Numbered from the stretch's first letter, positions 20,413 to 33,651 are shown. The stretch: DNA of 64,000 nt from an uncultured cyanobacterium (GCA_963793425.1 CAWCAG010000005.1:1120001-1184000); one strand, 5' to 3'. Numbers and translations are program-made. Notes: generated by a model not told the origin, from the letters alone.

Positions 20413-21918
20413 TTATTGAGGCCCACGACCATAAAGATAAGTTAACTCTTTGAGGCGATCGCACAACTGTTGGTTTAAATCCCCACTTTTGTAACGCCAA
20501 GCCCAATTACCTTCAGCCTTACCCGGAGCATTCATTTTCCCTTCTGTACCTAAGCCCAAAACATCTTGTAAAGGAATAATCGCATTATTAGCTATGGTAC
20601 TTAAAGCCAGGCGAATTAGGCTCCAATGTATGCCTTCTGGACAAATACAACCCAAATAATCAATCACTCGTTGTTTTTCTTTTTCACTACGCTCTTCATA
20701 CCAGCCCACAGTTGTATTATTGTCATGAGTTCCTGTATAAGCGACACAGTTACGGGAAGCGTAGTTAAAGGGTAAAAAAGCGTTAGCACGGTCAGAATCA
20801 AAAGCAAACTGTAAAATCTTCATCCCCGGAAAGCCAAACTTATCCCGCAAAGCTTCTACTTCTGGGGTAATCACTCCCAAATCTTCGGCAACAATAGGAG
20901 GCTGCCCTAATTTCTCCCTGAGTAGGGTAAAGAAAGCCTCTCCAGGGGCTTCAATCCATTTTCCTTCAGTAGCAATGGTTTCTCCCTTTTCCACTGCCCA
21001 AAACGCTTCAAAGCCCCGGAAATGATCAATACGCATAACATCTACATAATCGAGCATTCCTTCAATACGTTGTATCCACCACTGAAAATCATTTTTCTCT
21101 AGTTGTTCCCAGTCATAAACAGGATTGCCCCAAAGTTGCCCTGTGGCACTAAAATAATCGGGAGGAACCCCCGCCATCAAAGCTGGTTCTTTTGTTTCTT
21201 CATCTAAGCAAAAAATTTCTTGATGGGCCCAGACATCAGCGCTATCATGGGCAACATAAATGGGAATATCCCCAAAAATTCTGACTCTTTTTTCATTTGC
21301 ATAAAGTTTGAGATGCGACCATTGACGAAAAAATTCTGACTGGAGGTACTTATGATGAAAAATCTCTTGCTCAAGCTTTTGTTGCCACTTAGAAATAGCG
21401 ACGGGTTGACGTTGGGAAATCTCTTCTTCCCAATTATTCCAACTAGCACCTTTTTGATCAGCTTTTATGGCCATAAACAGAGCATAATCATCTAGCCAAT
21501 AACTATGGAGAGTACAAAATTTTTCAAATTCTGCCTTTCTCGACTCAGAAGCCCTGCTCTGAAAATTATCGCTAGCCTTTTCCAGCAAAGGCATCTTAGT
21601 TTCAATAACTAAATCGAAATCTACCGAATCTACAGGAAATTCTGGTAAATTAGCTAAATCTGCTTCATCTAGCAATCCTTCTGAAACCAACCACTCTAGG
21701 TTAATAAGCAAGGGATTTCCCGCTAAGGCAGAATAAGCTAAGTAAGGAGAGTTACCAAACCCTGTCGGTCCTAGAGGTAAAATTTGCCAAAGCTGTTGTC
21801 CACTCTCAGCTAAAAAATCTACAAAGTTATAAGCTTCTTTACCCAAATCCCCAATACCAAAACGACTAGGTAAAGAGGTAGGATGTAACAAAATACCACT
21901 AGCCCTTGAAGGAATCAT
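20413..21918 (-). CDS. malQ: 4-alpha-glucanotransferase (amylomaltase, GH77)
   Basis: RASGILLHPTSLP, GVPPDYFSATGQLWGNP, RIDHFRGF, AEDLG, YTGTHDN. Confidence 0.97.
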   Translation of the reverse strand: MIPSRASGILLHPTSLPSRFGIGDLGKEAYNFVDFLAESGQQLWQILPLGPTGFGNSPYLAYSALAGNPLLINLEWLVSEGLLDEADLANLPEFPVDSVDFDLVIETKMPLLEKASDNFQSRASESRKAEFEKFCTLHSYWLDDYALFMAIKADQKGASWNNWEEEISQRQPVAISKWQQKLEQEIFHHKYLQSEFFRQWSHLKLYANEKRVRIFGDIPIYVAHDSADVWAHQEIFCLDEETKEPALMAGVPPDYFSATGQLWGNPVYDWEQLEKNDFQWWIQRIEGMLDYVDVMRIDHFRGFEAFWAVEKGETIATEGKWIEAPGEAFFTLLREKLGQPPIVAEDLGVITPEVEALRDKFGFPGMKILQFAFDSDRANAFLPFNYASRNCVAYTGTHDNNTTVGWYEERSEKEKQRVIDYLGCICPEGIHWSLIRLALSTIANNAIIPLQDVLGLGTEGKMNAPGKAEGNWAWRYKSGDLNQQLCDRLKELTYLYGRGPQ

Positions 21919-22099
21919 AAAATTTTTCTATATTAAATACCTTGGGAATTTTGACACAAAAATTGGTCAAATGACGAAAAAAGTTTAGAATCGTCAAAAA
22001 AGTCTGGCAAGAAGAATTTAATATGGAAACAAAATAGTTTGTCAGTAAAAGAGTGAATCAGCGTATCCTCGATTTGTATAGGTTAAATAAATAGAATCC

Positions 22100-23200
22100 A
22101 TGTCTCAGGATGCCAGTAAAAACCAACTATCTGCTACTAACCAAACTTGGTCAGCAGAAACTGATGCCGATAAATTGATGAACGATCTGTTTTCAGATAT
22201 TGATCGGATTTTAGAAGGCGGTAGTAAGTTGCCGACGCAAACAGCACAACCAGACTATGTTTCTCTGCAAAACATTGTCGTTCCTGCTGCAAGTTTGCCT
22301 CCAGCTTTAAGAGAATCCTCAGAATTACTAGAACAGTTATCTGAAGATACTGGGAAGACGGAAGTTTTGACCCCGGAAGAGGAAAAAGCTCGTTCTCCTC
22401 GTCGTCAGGTTACAGTTGTAGAAAAAGCTCTGTTCGGTACAGCTTGTGCTTCTCTAGTTGCTGTAGTTGCTTGGTTATTCATTCAAAATAAGCTCCGCAT
22501 ACCTTTTTTCGCTAACGGCAGCAAGGAAATAACCCAAGTTAGTTCAGTTCAAGATGAAGATCCCTTTGCTAGGTATATGAAGCAGTCCTTAGATGCCATT
22601 GAGAGTCAAGCCAAGGCTGCTCAAGGAGCTAATGGGGCTGTTCCCCCTGGAGTGCCTCCTAGTGTACCTCCTTACCCTCTCCCCAGCAGTTTTCCTGTTG
22701 CTCCTCAAGGACAAAAAACTTTAGAGCGAGTTTATATTCCTGTTTTTCCCCCTAATCAGAATCCCTCTGCGGGGGCAGCGTTGCGAGCAAATCCTCAAGT
22801 TAGTCCTAGCCCTCAATCGAGTTCTCAGTCATCTCAACCAGCAGCTAAACCTGCTTCCAAGCCCGCAACTACTACCCAACCAGCAGCTAAACCTGTTCCC
22901 AAACCATCACCTTCTGCTAGTACTCCTCCTCAACCCTCTCCTACTACTCCTGATTCTACAGAAGCCCCAGCTAATGCTGCGACGGCAACTGCTCCCCTTG
23001 CTAACCATACTTTAGTAGGAATACTAGAGTTAGGCGATCGCTCAGCAGGTTTGTTTAAAATTGATGGCGTTACCCAACGCATCATGCTTGGGGAAGATAT
23101 TGGTTCAAGTGGTTGGAAATTGGTATCTGTCATTAACGAAAAGGCAACCATTCGTCGTAATGGAGAAGTACGTTCTATTTATGCAGGACAAAGCTTTTAG
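22100..23200 (+). CDS. Conserved cyanobacterial single-TM, Pro-rich protein
   Basis: ADKLMNDLFSDIDRIL N-terminus, TM segment, ERVYIPV, C-terminal LVGILELGDRSA...GSSGWKLV domain. Confidence 0.75.
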   Translation: MSQDASKNQLSATNQTWSAETDADKLMNDLFSDIDRILEGGSKLPTQTAQPDYVSLQNIVVPAASLPPALRESSELLEQLSEDTGKTEVLTPEEEKARSPRRQVTVVEKALFGTACASLVAVVAWLFIQNKLRIPFFANGSKEITQVSSVQDEDPFARYMKQSLDAIESQAKAAQGANGAVPPGVPPSVPPYPLPSSFPVAPQGQKTLERVYIPVFPPNQNPSAGAALRANPQVSPSPQSSSQSSQPAAKPASKPATTTQPAAKPVPKPSPSASTPPQPSPTTPDSTEAPANAATATAPLANHTLVGILELGDRSAGLFKIDGVTQRIMLGEDIGSSGWKLVSVINEKATIRRNGEVRSIYAGQSF

Positions 23201-23281
23201 TATAATTAGGTTAAAATTAACTTCTGACTTAACTAAATCTGATCAGAGAAGGCTTACGCCAATAACTTTTAACTTCAGCAA

Positions 23282-23872
23282 ATGGGCTTATTTGACGATT
23301 TCAGTCGGTTTTTTGAAAGCCGATTAGACGAGTTTCTGCGCGATCATCCCCATCTAGAGCTACAAGCCCTAGATGAACAACTCCGGGAGCAAGAAAAGGA
23401 TACTCTGCGCCTACTTATTGATTTGCAACACCAAGAAACGAAACTTCAAGAGGAGATTCTTTCCCTTGCCAAAGATATCCAAACTTGGCACTCCCGGATT
23501 AGTAAAGCTAAAAGTGCAGGGAGAGAGGACTTAGCCAAAGCAGCCCAAGAAAGGGAGGAATCTTTACTACGCTTAGGAAATCAGCGCTGGGGACAAATGC
23601 AAGGGGTTAAACAGCGTATCGTCAATGCCAAAGAACTTTTGCAACAAACCCAACAGAAAAGAGAAGAAGTACAAGCAGAAGCAGCTAGAGTCAAAACCGA
23701 ACAGGCAAAAGCCCAAAATACCCCTTCTTCAGAAAGTTACGGTTGGAATCAAGGTTATACAAATTCCAATACAGATAATTATAGTCGCGCCGCAGATCCT
23801 TTAGATGGTCAGTTTCAGCGTTGGGAATTGGATAAAGAACTTGAAGAGATGAAACGAAATTTGGGTAAATAG
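23282..23872 (+). CDS. TIGR04376 family (PspA-like coiled-coil) protein
   Basis: MGLFDDFSRFFESRLDEFLR.HPHLEL...DPL..QF.RWE. Confidence 0.85.
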   Translation: MGLFDDFSRFFESRLDEFLRDHPHLELQALDEQLREQEKDTLRLLIDLQHQETKLQEEILSLAKDIQTWHSRISKAKSAGREDLAKAAQEREESLLRLGNQRWGQMQGVKQRIVNAKELLQQTQQKREEVQAEAARVKTEQAKAQNTPSSESYGWNQGYTNSNTDNYSRAADPLDGQFQRWELDKELEEMKRNLGK

Positions 23873-24062
23873 CCAGCGTGATTAAGTGCCAAGGAAACTT
23901 ACTACTCTGCCAATTTTCAATACAAGTTTAGGTTTTCAACAAAGGGGCGATCGCGTGGTTTTGCTACGTATAAGATTTTCCAACTTATATTGCTAGATAA
24001 AGCAAGAGCAATTACTCCACTTGGCTTTTGCTTTAAAACAATCTAATCAGCTTTGAGCAAAG

Positions 24063-27000
24063 ATGACTAATCCTAAAACCCTAACTATTTCAGGCTACCA
24101 AATTCTCAACCAGATTTATGAAAGTAGTAACTCTTTGGTTTATCGGGGTATTCGAGAAAAGGGAAGCCAACCTGTCATCATCAAAGTACTGAAGCAAAAT
24201 TATCCTTCGCCCCAAGAATTAACTCGCTACAAACAAGAGTATGAAATTACCCGCAATCTGAATTTGCCTGGGGTAATTAAAGCATGGGAGCTACAACCAT
24301 ATCAAAGAACAAACGGAACGATTAATAATTTTCCTTTGGGTTCTAACGATCACAGTGATCGCTTTCAAATTCCCCAAAAACTCTACGGTAGAGAAAAAGA
24401 AGTTGCCCAGTTGTTGGAAGGTTTTGAGAGAGTAGCATTTCCCCTTGCCCCCCTTGGAAAAGAGGATCTATCCAAGGCGAGGAGCGAATTAATGCTGGTT
24501 GCTGGTTATTCTGGCATTGGTAAATCAGCTTTAGTGGCAGAAGTTTACAAACCCATTACCAAGAAACGAGGCTACTTTATTGAGGGGAAGTTTGACCAGT
24601 TTCAGCGTAATATCCCTTATTCCGCCATTGTCAGCGCTTTTAAAGCCTTGATGCAGCAACTTTTTACAGAAAGCAAGGCGCAGCTTCAACAGTGGCGAGA
24701 AAAGCTGTTAGAGGCGTTAGGGAGTAATGGACAAGTTGTTATTGATGTAATTCCGGAAGTAGAGCTAATTATTGGCAAGCAGCCTCCTGTAACCGAGTTA
24801 GGGGCAACGGAATCACAAAACCGCTTCAATTTAGTTTTGCAGAACTTTATTCGGGCGTTTTGTAGCGTTGAACATCCTTTAGTAATTTTCCTTGATGATT
24901 TGCAATGGACTGATGGTGCTACTCTCAAATTGCTTGAATTGATTATTACAGATCAGCAAAGTCAATATTTATTTGTGATTGGCGCTTATCGAGATAACGA
25001 AGTTAGTTCTAGCCATCCTTTGATGATGGTATTAGATGAGAGCAAAAAACAAGGAGCAACGGTTAATCAAATTACCTTAGCACCTTTACAAAGCGAAGAT
25101 ATTAACCAATTAGTTGCTGATACTGTACATAGTGATCTTGAAACAGCTAAACCCTTGACGGAATTAGTACAGCGCAAAACTAACGGTAATCCTTTTTTTG
25201 TTAATCAATTTCTCAAAACTTTGTATTCAGAAGATTTGATTAGTTTTAGCTTGACTAAGAGTTGTCAATGGCAGTGGAATTTGGCTCAAATTGAAGCCCA
25301 AAACATTACAGATAACGTGGTGGAGTTGATAATTGATAAAGTTAAGAAACTGCCAGAAGCAACTCAACAGGTTTTACGTTTAGCAGCTTGTGTTGGGGCT
25401 GATTTTGATTTAAAAACTCTAGCAATTATTCTTCAAAAGTCTACCCCTAGTATTTTTCAAGATTTATTAGAAGCCCTATTATCAGATTTGATTCGTCCTA
25501 TTTCAGATTTGGATGAGCAACTCTTAATTCAAAAATATCAGTTCGAGCATGATCGGGTACAACAAGCTGCTTATGGGGCTGCTTTAGATTATTTAAGTAA
25601 GGGATTAAGGCTACTTACTGCCGATAGTTGGCAACAAAAATATGACTTAACTTTAACTCTTTATTCTCAAGCAACAGAAGCCGCCTACTTAAGTGGTGAT
25701 TTTGAGCAGATGGAACAATTAGCAGAAATTGTCCTCAATAATGCCAAAACTGTGCTGGATAAAGTGAAAGTTTATGAAGTGAAAATGCAAACCAGCATGG
25801 CACAAGCCAAATGAACAGGCGATCGCGAGGGCAAGAGAAAACGAATTCATTCAAGAAGAAGCCTTAGCTTATGAGTTGGCAGCGAAGTTTTATTTCCAGC
25901 GAAACAGAGAAAAGTTTGCCCAAACTTATCTGCAAGAAGCCCACTATGGTTACAAATGCTGGGGTGCTATTACTAAAGTCCAAGAGTTAGAGGCAAAGTA
26001 TCCCCAATTCATCAGACAACCGGCCCCAACCACTAGCACAATAACTACTACAACTTCAACTGGTACTCAGATCGGAACTGTCTTAGATTTAGCTACAGTA
26101 ATGAAAGCTTCTCAAACTATTTCTAGTGAAGTTTCCCTAGACAAACTGCTGACTAAATTGATGCAAACTTTAATCCAAAATGCTGGGGCGCAAACAGGTT
26201 TTCTACTTTTAGAAAAGTCAGGGAGTTGGGTTATTGAAGCTTCAGGAAAGATTAATCAAGATGAGGTGATAGTATTACAATCTTTGCCTCCAGAAAACCA
26301 ACTTCCTATTTCAGTCATTAACTATGTTACCCGCACCCAAGAAACTCTAGTCTTTCATGATGCCAGGGAAGAAATTCAAAATCCCCAAGGAAAGTTTCAT
26401 AATCCTCATGAATCCTATATTATAAACAATCAAAATAAATCTTTATTATGCGCCCCTCTAATTAATCAAGGTACACTTAACGGTATTATTTATCTCGAAA
26501 ACAACCTAGCCACTAATGCTTTCACTTCCAATAGATTAGAACTAATTCAACTATTATCAGGACAGGCAGCCATCGCCATAGATAATGCCAGACTGTATAA
26601 CAACCTTGAACAAAAAGTTAGCGATCGCACTCAAGAATTAAAAAATACCCTTGATACCCTCAAAGCAACTCAAGAGGAACTAATTCAATCAGAAAAAATG
26701 GCAGCTTTAGGACAATTGATTGCCAACATTGCCCATGAAATCAATACTCCTTTAGGAGCAATTAAAGCTTCTAGTAATAATATTTCTTCCGCTTTAAATA
26801 AATCCCTGGAAATCTTACCTTCATTACTAACTAAACTTTCTGGGCAACAACAAGTTGATTTTTTTGCTTTAAGAATTAAATCAAGTGTGGACAAATTTAA
26901 TTCATAATGCTATCCAAGCAATGAACAACCAAGGCAAGTTAGATATTGTAGTTGCTCAAGAAAATGATTATCTAGTTGTAAAAATAACTGATTCTGGCAG

Positions 27001-27190
27001 TGGTCTTCCCGAAGAACTTAAAGAGAAAATTTTCCAACCTTTTTTCACAACTAAACCTCAAGGAGAAGGTAGTGGTTTAGGATTAGATATTGTCAGAAAT
27101 ATTGTTAATAAACACCAAGGAAAAATAGAAGTAGCAAGTCAGCCAGGACTAACAATATTTAGTGTTTTGTTACCAATAGATGGGAGCTAG
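24063..27190 (+). pseudogene. HstK-type Ser/Thr kinase-AAA ATPase-GAF-histidine kinase with multiple internal deletions (fragments 24063-25814, about 25812-26871, about 26872-27190)
   Basis: Kinase N-lobe only; LYGRE, GYSGIGKS, FLDDLQW, GNPFF, HDRVQQAAY; GAF domain; H-box AHEINTP; ELNQVWTNLIHNA, PFFTTK, GSGLGL in shifted frames. Confidence 0.85.
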
Positions 27191-27266
27191 GGTGATGGGG
27201 AGCTAGGGAGCTTGGGAGATGAGGAGATAAAACTATTAGCCATTAGCCATTAACCATTAACCAAAA

Positions 27267-27563
27267 CTAGTCTTGCTTAATCTTGAAAGAAATAGGCTTA
27301 GGAGATTGAGAAATAGCTTGAGAAGGGGAAGGGGGGAGAGGCTGAACTTCTTGAGAACCTAATTGAGGATCAACAGACATAGATTGGGGTGGATTTAAAA
27401 AAGCAATACCTTTTTCGTAATTAGAAGCCAGAGCTAGAAATGCTCCTCCAAAAACATAAATAGGTAAAGGTAAAGTAAAATCTTTCACCCATTGATAAAA
27501 TTCAGCAACTCCTAATAATACTAAAAAGCTAGCAGCCCAAAATCTCACGTTCAAAAACCTCAT
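27267..27563 (-). CDS. Conserved cyanobacterial small membrane protein
   Basis: W...F.VL.GVAEFYQWVK.FTLPLPIYVFGGAFLALASNY; start uncertain (the ORF track gives 27629). Confidence 0.7.
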   Translation of the reverse strand: MRFLNVRFWAASFLVLLGVAEFYQWVKDFTLPLPIYVFGGAFLALASNYEKGIAFLNPPQSMSVDPQLGSQEVQPLPPSPSQAISQSPKPISFKIKQD

Positions 27564-27662
27564 ATCAAGTAGATTATTCAAAAAAGGCGATCGCGAGATT
27601 CCCCTTTGAAAGTATCTCGCGACTAGCACAATTAATAGTTGATTTTAACCATAACCAGCCAA

Positions 27663-28664
27663 CTAAACCTTAGCTGCCACTTTACTCTCAGCAGAAGTTA
27701 AACGCTCGTAAACCTCACGTATCTTCAAGCCAACCAGAATTTGGAATAGTCCCGAACCATTTTTAGAGCCTGGATAATCCCGACGCTTAAGTAATAGTTC
27801 AGTCATTTCACCATAGTAGCGAGTTGCTGTATTACTCAAATGGCTTTCGATGTAGATCATTTCTTCGAGGTTATCGAATTGACCATCAACTTCTAAAATA
27901 GAAACTTCGTTGCCTTCAAAATTATCAGGGCCATAGTACATCTTAATACCAGGATAAGCACAAGTTAGCTTCCGCCCACAAGGTCGCCAGTCAATAGTAG
28001 AACCTTCGTCGAATAAGTATACTGTATCAAAATCTGGTATTTCTTCTTTTTGAACTAGACGTACCCGTAAAAGCTTACTTTCCTTATCATCAGTTAACTT
28101 GGTTGGTAACACTTGAATAACCACATCAGCGTGTTGCTTTTGTGGTTCAATATAAGCCGTGAAATCGGGTCTTCTCGCATTAATCGAAGCTAAGATATCC
28201 TCATAAGTATGTCCTCGCTCGGCCATATCTCGCTGAATTTTCCAGTTAATCTTGACCTCATCGCTGATATCTAGATAAACACCAAAATCAACTAATTCTC
28301 TAACTCTTTCGTCATATAAAGGGTGCAAACCCTCAATAACAACAACTTTATTCGGTTCAACTCTTTCGGGAGGATCGAGTTCCCCTGTTTCGTGGTTATA
28401 AATAGGTTTGTCTATTGCCTGACCATTTTTGAGAGCTTTAATTTGCTCATACATCAGGTCAAAATTATTGGCTTTCGGATTGAGTGCAGTGACTCCGGCT
28501 TTTTTCCTGCCTTTGCGATCAAGACTATGATAATCATCCAAACAGATAACCGTCATAAACTCTTCACCAAACAAATCGTTGAGGCGGCGTAAAAATGTCG
28601 ATTTACCGCATCCAGAGTCCCCCGCAACACCAATCAAAACCACACGATCAAACTTAGTGGTCAT
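27663..28664 (-). CDS. prk: Phosphoribulokinase
   Basis: GVAGDSGCGKSTF, CLDDYHSLDR, KIQRDMAERGH. Confidence 0.98.
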   Translation of the reverse strand: MTTKFDRVVLIGVAGDSGCGKSTFLRRLNDLFGEEFMTVICLDDYHSLDRKGRKKAGVTALNPKANNFDLMYEQIKALKNGQAIDKPIYNHETGELDPPERVEPNKVVVIEGLHPLYDERVRELVDFGVYLDISDEVKINWKIQRDMAERGHTYEDILASINARRPDFTAYIEPQKQHADVVIQVLPTKLTDDKESKLLRVRLVQKEEIPDFDTVYLFDEGSTIDWRPCGRKLTCAYPGIKMYYGPDNFEGNEVSILEVDGQFDNLEEMIYIESHLSNTATRYYGEMTELLLKRRDYPGSKNGSGLFQILVGLKIREVYERLTSAESKVAAKV

Positions 28665-28953
28665 AGCTTCCCTCTATACAAAACTGAATATACTAAAAAG
28701 TATTAAGCAAGTTAAAATCCTGCCCCTGGAAGTCACTTCCTCTAGGGAATTTTCCTTACAAGGCTGAGTGGGATTGGAATATCTCGCCCAGTACTTATGC
28801 TAAAGTAGCCAGTGCATTTTGGCTAAAGAAAACATTAAATTGACTCAATATTGACAGTTTATGGGTTGCAAAACAAGTATCTTCTGTAAAAGAAGTTCTG
28901 AAAAGGGCTATTTAATATAACCCCAACTCTACGGCTAGCTACGCTAGCAATGA

Positions 28954-29031
28954 TACGCTTTATAAAGCGTAACTTCTTCTTAAGCCTCAGCTAATCATCA
29001 ATGAAATATTGATGATTTGAGCAGAAGAAGT
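28954..29031. promoter_or_regulatory. Perfect 18-bp palindrome plus a long hairpin upstream of petH
   Basis: TACGCTTTATAAAGCGTA (28954-28971), then ACTTCTTCT..CTCA..AATCATCAAT-gaaat-ATTGATGATT-TGAG-c-AGAAGAAGT. Confidence 0.55.
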
Positions 29032-29059
29032 AGGCTGTGAGATGCAGCACATTTAATAA

Positions 29060-30274
<1,215 letters not shown>

Positions 30275-30318
30275 TTTTCCCTAACTGGATTTGTAGCAAC
30301 TAATATTTCCGATGAACA

Positions 30319-30376
30319 AGCGCGTTAGTATTTTCGGTGAAGGCTGAAAGGTACTAACGCGCTAAGTTCGTTTTTG
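30319..30376 (+). terminator. Stem-loop after petH
   Basis: 12-bp perfect inverted repeat AGCGCGTTAGTA/TACTAACGCGCT followed by a T-rich stretch. Confidence 0.6.
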
Positions 30377-30583
30377 GTTGTACAAAAAATAAGAATTAAG
30401 TTAAATTTAATTAAGATAGATGTGCTTTTAGGAGGCATTTATTCTCAAACAACCTTAAGTGTTTTTGACAAAAAAGCAATTTTATACTAAAGAGGTTTAA
30501 TTATTCAATCTTAAAAACCAACTTTTTAGCTTTCAATATCCAATAATTGTCAAACTAAGTATCTTAGAAACTAAATAAAAAAT

Positions 30584-32470
30584 ATGAAATTTTCCTGGAG
30601 AATCGTACTGCTTTGGACGTTACCAGCTTTAGTCATCGGCTTTTTCTTTTGGCAAGGAACCTTTGCTTCAGCTACAACCAACATGACTAACAACACAGCC
30701 AGTACTCGCATGACCTATAGTCGGTTTTTAGAGTATTTAGATGCAGGCAGAGTTAGTCGTGTTGACTTATTTGAAGGAGGCCGCACAGCCATTGTGCAAG
30801 CGGCAGACCCAGAATTAGATGATCGAGTCCAAAGATTACGAGTAGATTTACCCGCCACTGCTCCAGAATTAATTACTAAACTTAGGGATGCTAATGTGGC
30901 TTTAGATGCCCATCCTGCGGGTAACGAAGGAGCTTTGTGGGGCTTTTTGGGTAATTTAATCTTCCCCATCTTATTAATTGTGGCTCTATTTTTCCTCTTC
31001 CGCCGCTCCAGCAATATACCAGGAGGCCCTGGACAAGCCATGAATTTTGGTAAATCCCGCGCTCGTTTCCAAATGGAAGCTAAAACTGGGGTTTTGTTTG
31101 ATGATGTAGCTGGTATTGATGAAGCCAAAGAAGAATTACAGGAAGTAGTTACCTTCCTTAAACAGCCGGAACGTTTCACAGCAGTAGGCGCTCGCATCCC
31201 CAAAGGTGTATTATTAGTGGGGCCTCCAGGAACAGGTAAAACTCTACTCGCCAAAGCGATCGCCGGAGAAGCAGGAGTACCTTTCTTTAGTATTTCTGGT
31301 TCAGAATTTGTGGAGATGTTTGTTGGGGTTGGGGCCTCTCGCGTTCGAGATTTATTTAAGAAAGCCAAGGAAAATGCCCCTTGTCTCATTTTCATTGATG
31401 AAATTGATGCTGTGGGTCGCCAAAGGGGTGCAGGTATTGGTGGAGGAAATGATGAACGGGAACAGACCCTCAACCAGTTATTGACAGAAATGGATGGTTT
31501 TGAAGGCAACACCGGAATCATCATCATCGCCGCCACCAACCGTCCCGATGTCTTAGATTCTGCATTATTACGTCCAGGACGTTTTGACCGCCAGGTAATT
31601 GTTGATGCCCCTGACTTAAAAGGACGTATAGGAGTCCTAGACGTTCACGCACGCAACAAGAAGCTTGCAGAGGAGATTTCCTTAGAAACCGTTGCCAGGC
31701 GCACTCCTGGCTTCACAGGGGCTGATTTAGCCAACTTACTTAACGAGGCTGCTATTTTAACCGCCCGTCGTCGCAAAGAAGCCATCACCATGCAAGAAAT
31801 TGATGATGCGGTAGATCGGGTAGTTGCGGGGATGGAAGGCACTCCTTTAGTAGATAGTAAGAGCAAGCGTTTAATTGCTTACCACGAAGTTGGTCACGCT
31901 GTGGTAGGAACTTTACTTAAAGACCATGACCCTGTACAAAAAGTCACCCTGATTCCTAGGGGGCAGGCACAGGGTTTAACTTGGTTTACCCCTAATGAAG
32001 AACAAGGTTTAACCACCAGGGCGCAGTTAATGGCCCGAATCGCTGGTGCTATGGGGGGCAGGGCAGCAGAAGAAGAGATATTTGGCGATGCAGAAGTGAC
32101 TACTGGTGCTGGAGGTGACTTACAACAAGTTACTGGCATGGCTAGGCAAATGGTAACTCGTTTTGGTATGAGTGATTTGGGCCCTCTTTCCTTAGAAGGA
32201 CAACAGGGAGAAGTCTTCCTTGGGGGCAATGCTATGAACCGCGCCGAATATTCAGAAGTTGTTGCTGCTAAAATTGATGACCAAGTTCGCATCATTGCTG
32301 AACATGGTCATAACTTAGCTAGGGAAATAGTTAGGGAAAATCGCGAAGTGATGGATCGCTTAGTAGATTTATTAATTGAAAAAGAAACCATTGACGGCGA
32401 AGAGTTTCGGCAAATTGTTGCTGAGTATACTGATGTACCGGAAAAAGAACAGTATGTGCCTCAGTTGTAG
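30584..32470 (+). CDS. ftsH2: ATP-dependent zinc metalloprotease FtsH (FtsH2 type)
   Basis: MKFSWR..LLW N-terminus, [20 protein letters not shown]. Confidence 0.95.
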   Translation: MKFSWRIVLLWTLPALVIGFFFWQGTFASATTNMTNNTASTRMTYSRFLEYLDAGRVSRVDLFEGGRTAIVQAADPELDDRVQRLRVDLPATAPELITKLRDANVALDAHPAGNEGALWGFLGNLIFPILLIVALFFLFRRSSNIPGGPGQAMNFGKSRARFQMEAKTGVLFDDVAGIDEAKEELQEVVTFLKQPERFTAVGARIPKGVLLVGPPGTGKTLLAKAIAGEAGVPFFSISGSEFVEMFVGVGASRVRDLFKKAKENAPCLIFIDEIDAVGRQRGAGIGGGNDEREQTLNQLLTEMDGFEGNTGIIIIAATNRPDVLDSALLRPGRFDRQVIVDAPDLKGRIGVLDVHARNKKLAEEISLETVARRTPGFTGADLANLLNEAAILTARRRKEAITMQEIDDAVDRVVAGMEGTPLVDSKSKRLIAYHEVGHAVVGTLLKDHDPVQKVTLIPRGQAQGLTWFTPNEEQGLTTRAQLMARIAGAMGGRAAEEEIFGDAEVTTGAGGDLQQVTGMARQMVTRFGMSDLGPLSLEGQQGEVFLGGNAMNRAEYSEVVAAKIDDQVRIIAEHGHNLAREIVRENREVMDRLVDLLIEKETIDGEEFRQIVAEYTDVPEKEQYVPQL

Positions 32471-32533
32471 GAAGAAGGGAGTGGGGAGTAGGGAGTAGGC
32501 AGCAGCCCTTTCTGCTTCAACAATTAGGTTATG

Positions 32534-32569
32534 GGAGAAGGCGAGGAGAATCGCTTTCTCCTTTTTTTT
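32534..32569 (+). terminator. Intrinsic terminator after ftsH2
   Basis: GGAGAAGGCGA/TCGCTTTCTCC stem followed by T8. Confidence 0.75.
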
Positions 32570-32605
32570 GTTGTTAAGGAAACGTGTAAACATCCCATTC
32601 TTGAT

Positions 32606-32669
32606 GTAGGGGCGACCCAATTGTGTTGATTTATGGGGTACAAAAACAAGGTAAATGGGTCGCCCCTAC
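32606..32669. repeat. GTAG-headed REP/MITE-like element
   Basis: 14-bp perfect terminal inverted repeat GTAGGGGCGACCCA/TGGGTCGCCCCTAC. Confidence 0.7.
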
Positions 32670-32821
32670 GTTTTGGGAATAGTGCGATCGCAGACTAAAT
32701 ACGTTCCTGTATCTACTGGATTCTACTCCTGTTTAAAACCGTTAATTTTTCTTAAATCCTGGAACAAAATACCTGGGAAATTTATCTAGAAATAGGGTCG
32801 AACTATAAAATTATTTCTATC

Positions 32822-33490
32822 ATGTCTAACTTTAAATATGGTCGCTTTGGCATTTCTTTACTAGTTGTTTGCGGTGCGATTGCCACTGCAACAACTCCTT
32901 TACTTACAGCCATTCCTGCTTCTGCCCAACTGTTTCCTGCCCAGGAAAATAACAATGTTACTCCGCAACCAATAGTTATGCCTGCTGCAACAACTTTACC
33001 CGTTGAATACAAAGAAGCGGAGAAAATCATTCTCACCAAAGAAGAAACCGTTCCTTTAACCCTGACGGTAGCAGCAAATATTAAAAACAAACAAGGAGAA
33101 GTTTTAATTCCCTATGGCAGTGAAATTATTGGGGAATTACAGCCTAAAGATGGTGGCTCTCAGTTTGTGGCCCAAGAATTAGTTATTAGTACAGAAAAAC
33201 GACAACCTTTACAAGCCACTTCTCAAGTTATTACTCGCACAGAAAAAATTAATGAAGGAACTGATACAGGAGATATTCTGCAAGGGGCAGCTATTGGTGG
33301 TGCAGCAGCAGCAATAATTGCTCTGATTACCGGAGATAATTCTATTGATCTTTTGGAGGTTTTAGGAGGAGCAGGTTTAGGGGCGTTAGGAGGGATTCTC
33401 CTTGGTGGCAAGGAAACTGAGGTTATTTCCATCAACCCTAACGAAGATTTAAAGGTGACTTTGCTTGAAGATTTAAGTTTAGAAAATTAA
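32822..33490 (+). CDS. Secreted conserved cyanobacterial protein with a glycine-zipper segment
   Basis: Signal peptide ending ASA; ILQGAAIGGAAAA...VLGGAGLGALGG. Confidence 0.75.
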   Translation: MSNFKYGRFGISLLVVCGAIATATTPLLTAIPASAQLFPAQENNNVTPQPIVMPAATTLPVEYKEAEKIILTKEETVPLTLTVAANIKNKQGEVLIPYGSEIIGELQPKDGGSQFVAQELVISTEKRQPLQATSQVITRTEKINEGTDTGDILQGAAIGGAAAAIIALITGDNSIDLLEVLGGAGLGALGGILLGGKETEVISINPNEDLKVTLLEDLSLEN

Positions 33491-33651
33491 GGCAAATTTA
33501 GTTGATTTATAGTCTGGAATTTAGTTTAAACCAGATGTAGAAATACAGGGAAAAGTATTGAGTAGTTTAGTGATTTGGCTGCTCTTTATTTCCTATGGTT
33601 AAAAACTTTACTACTTTCTTCATCTAATACTATTTCATAAAAATATTGAAA

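Noticed and set aside
30715..32295. Long antisense ORFs within ftsH2 (and similar ones within lysC, chlP and minD)
   Set aside because: Shadow frames of conserved genes with no independent motifs.
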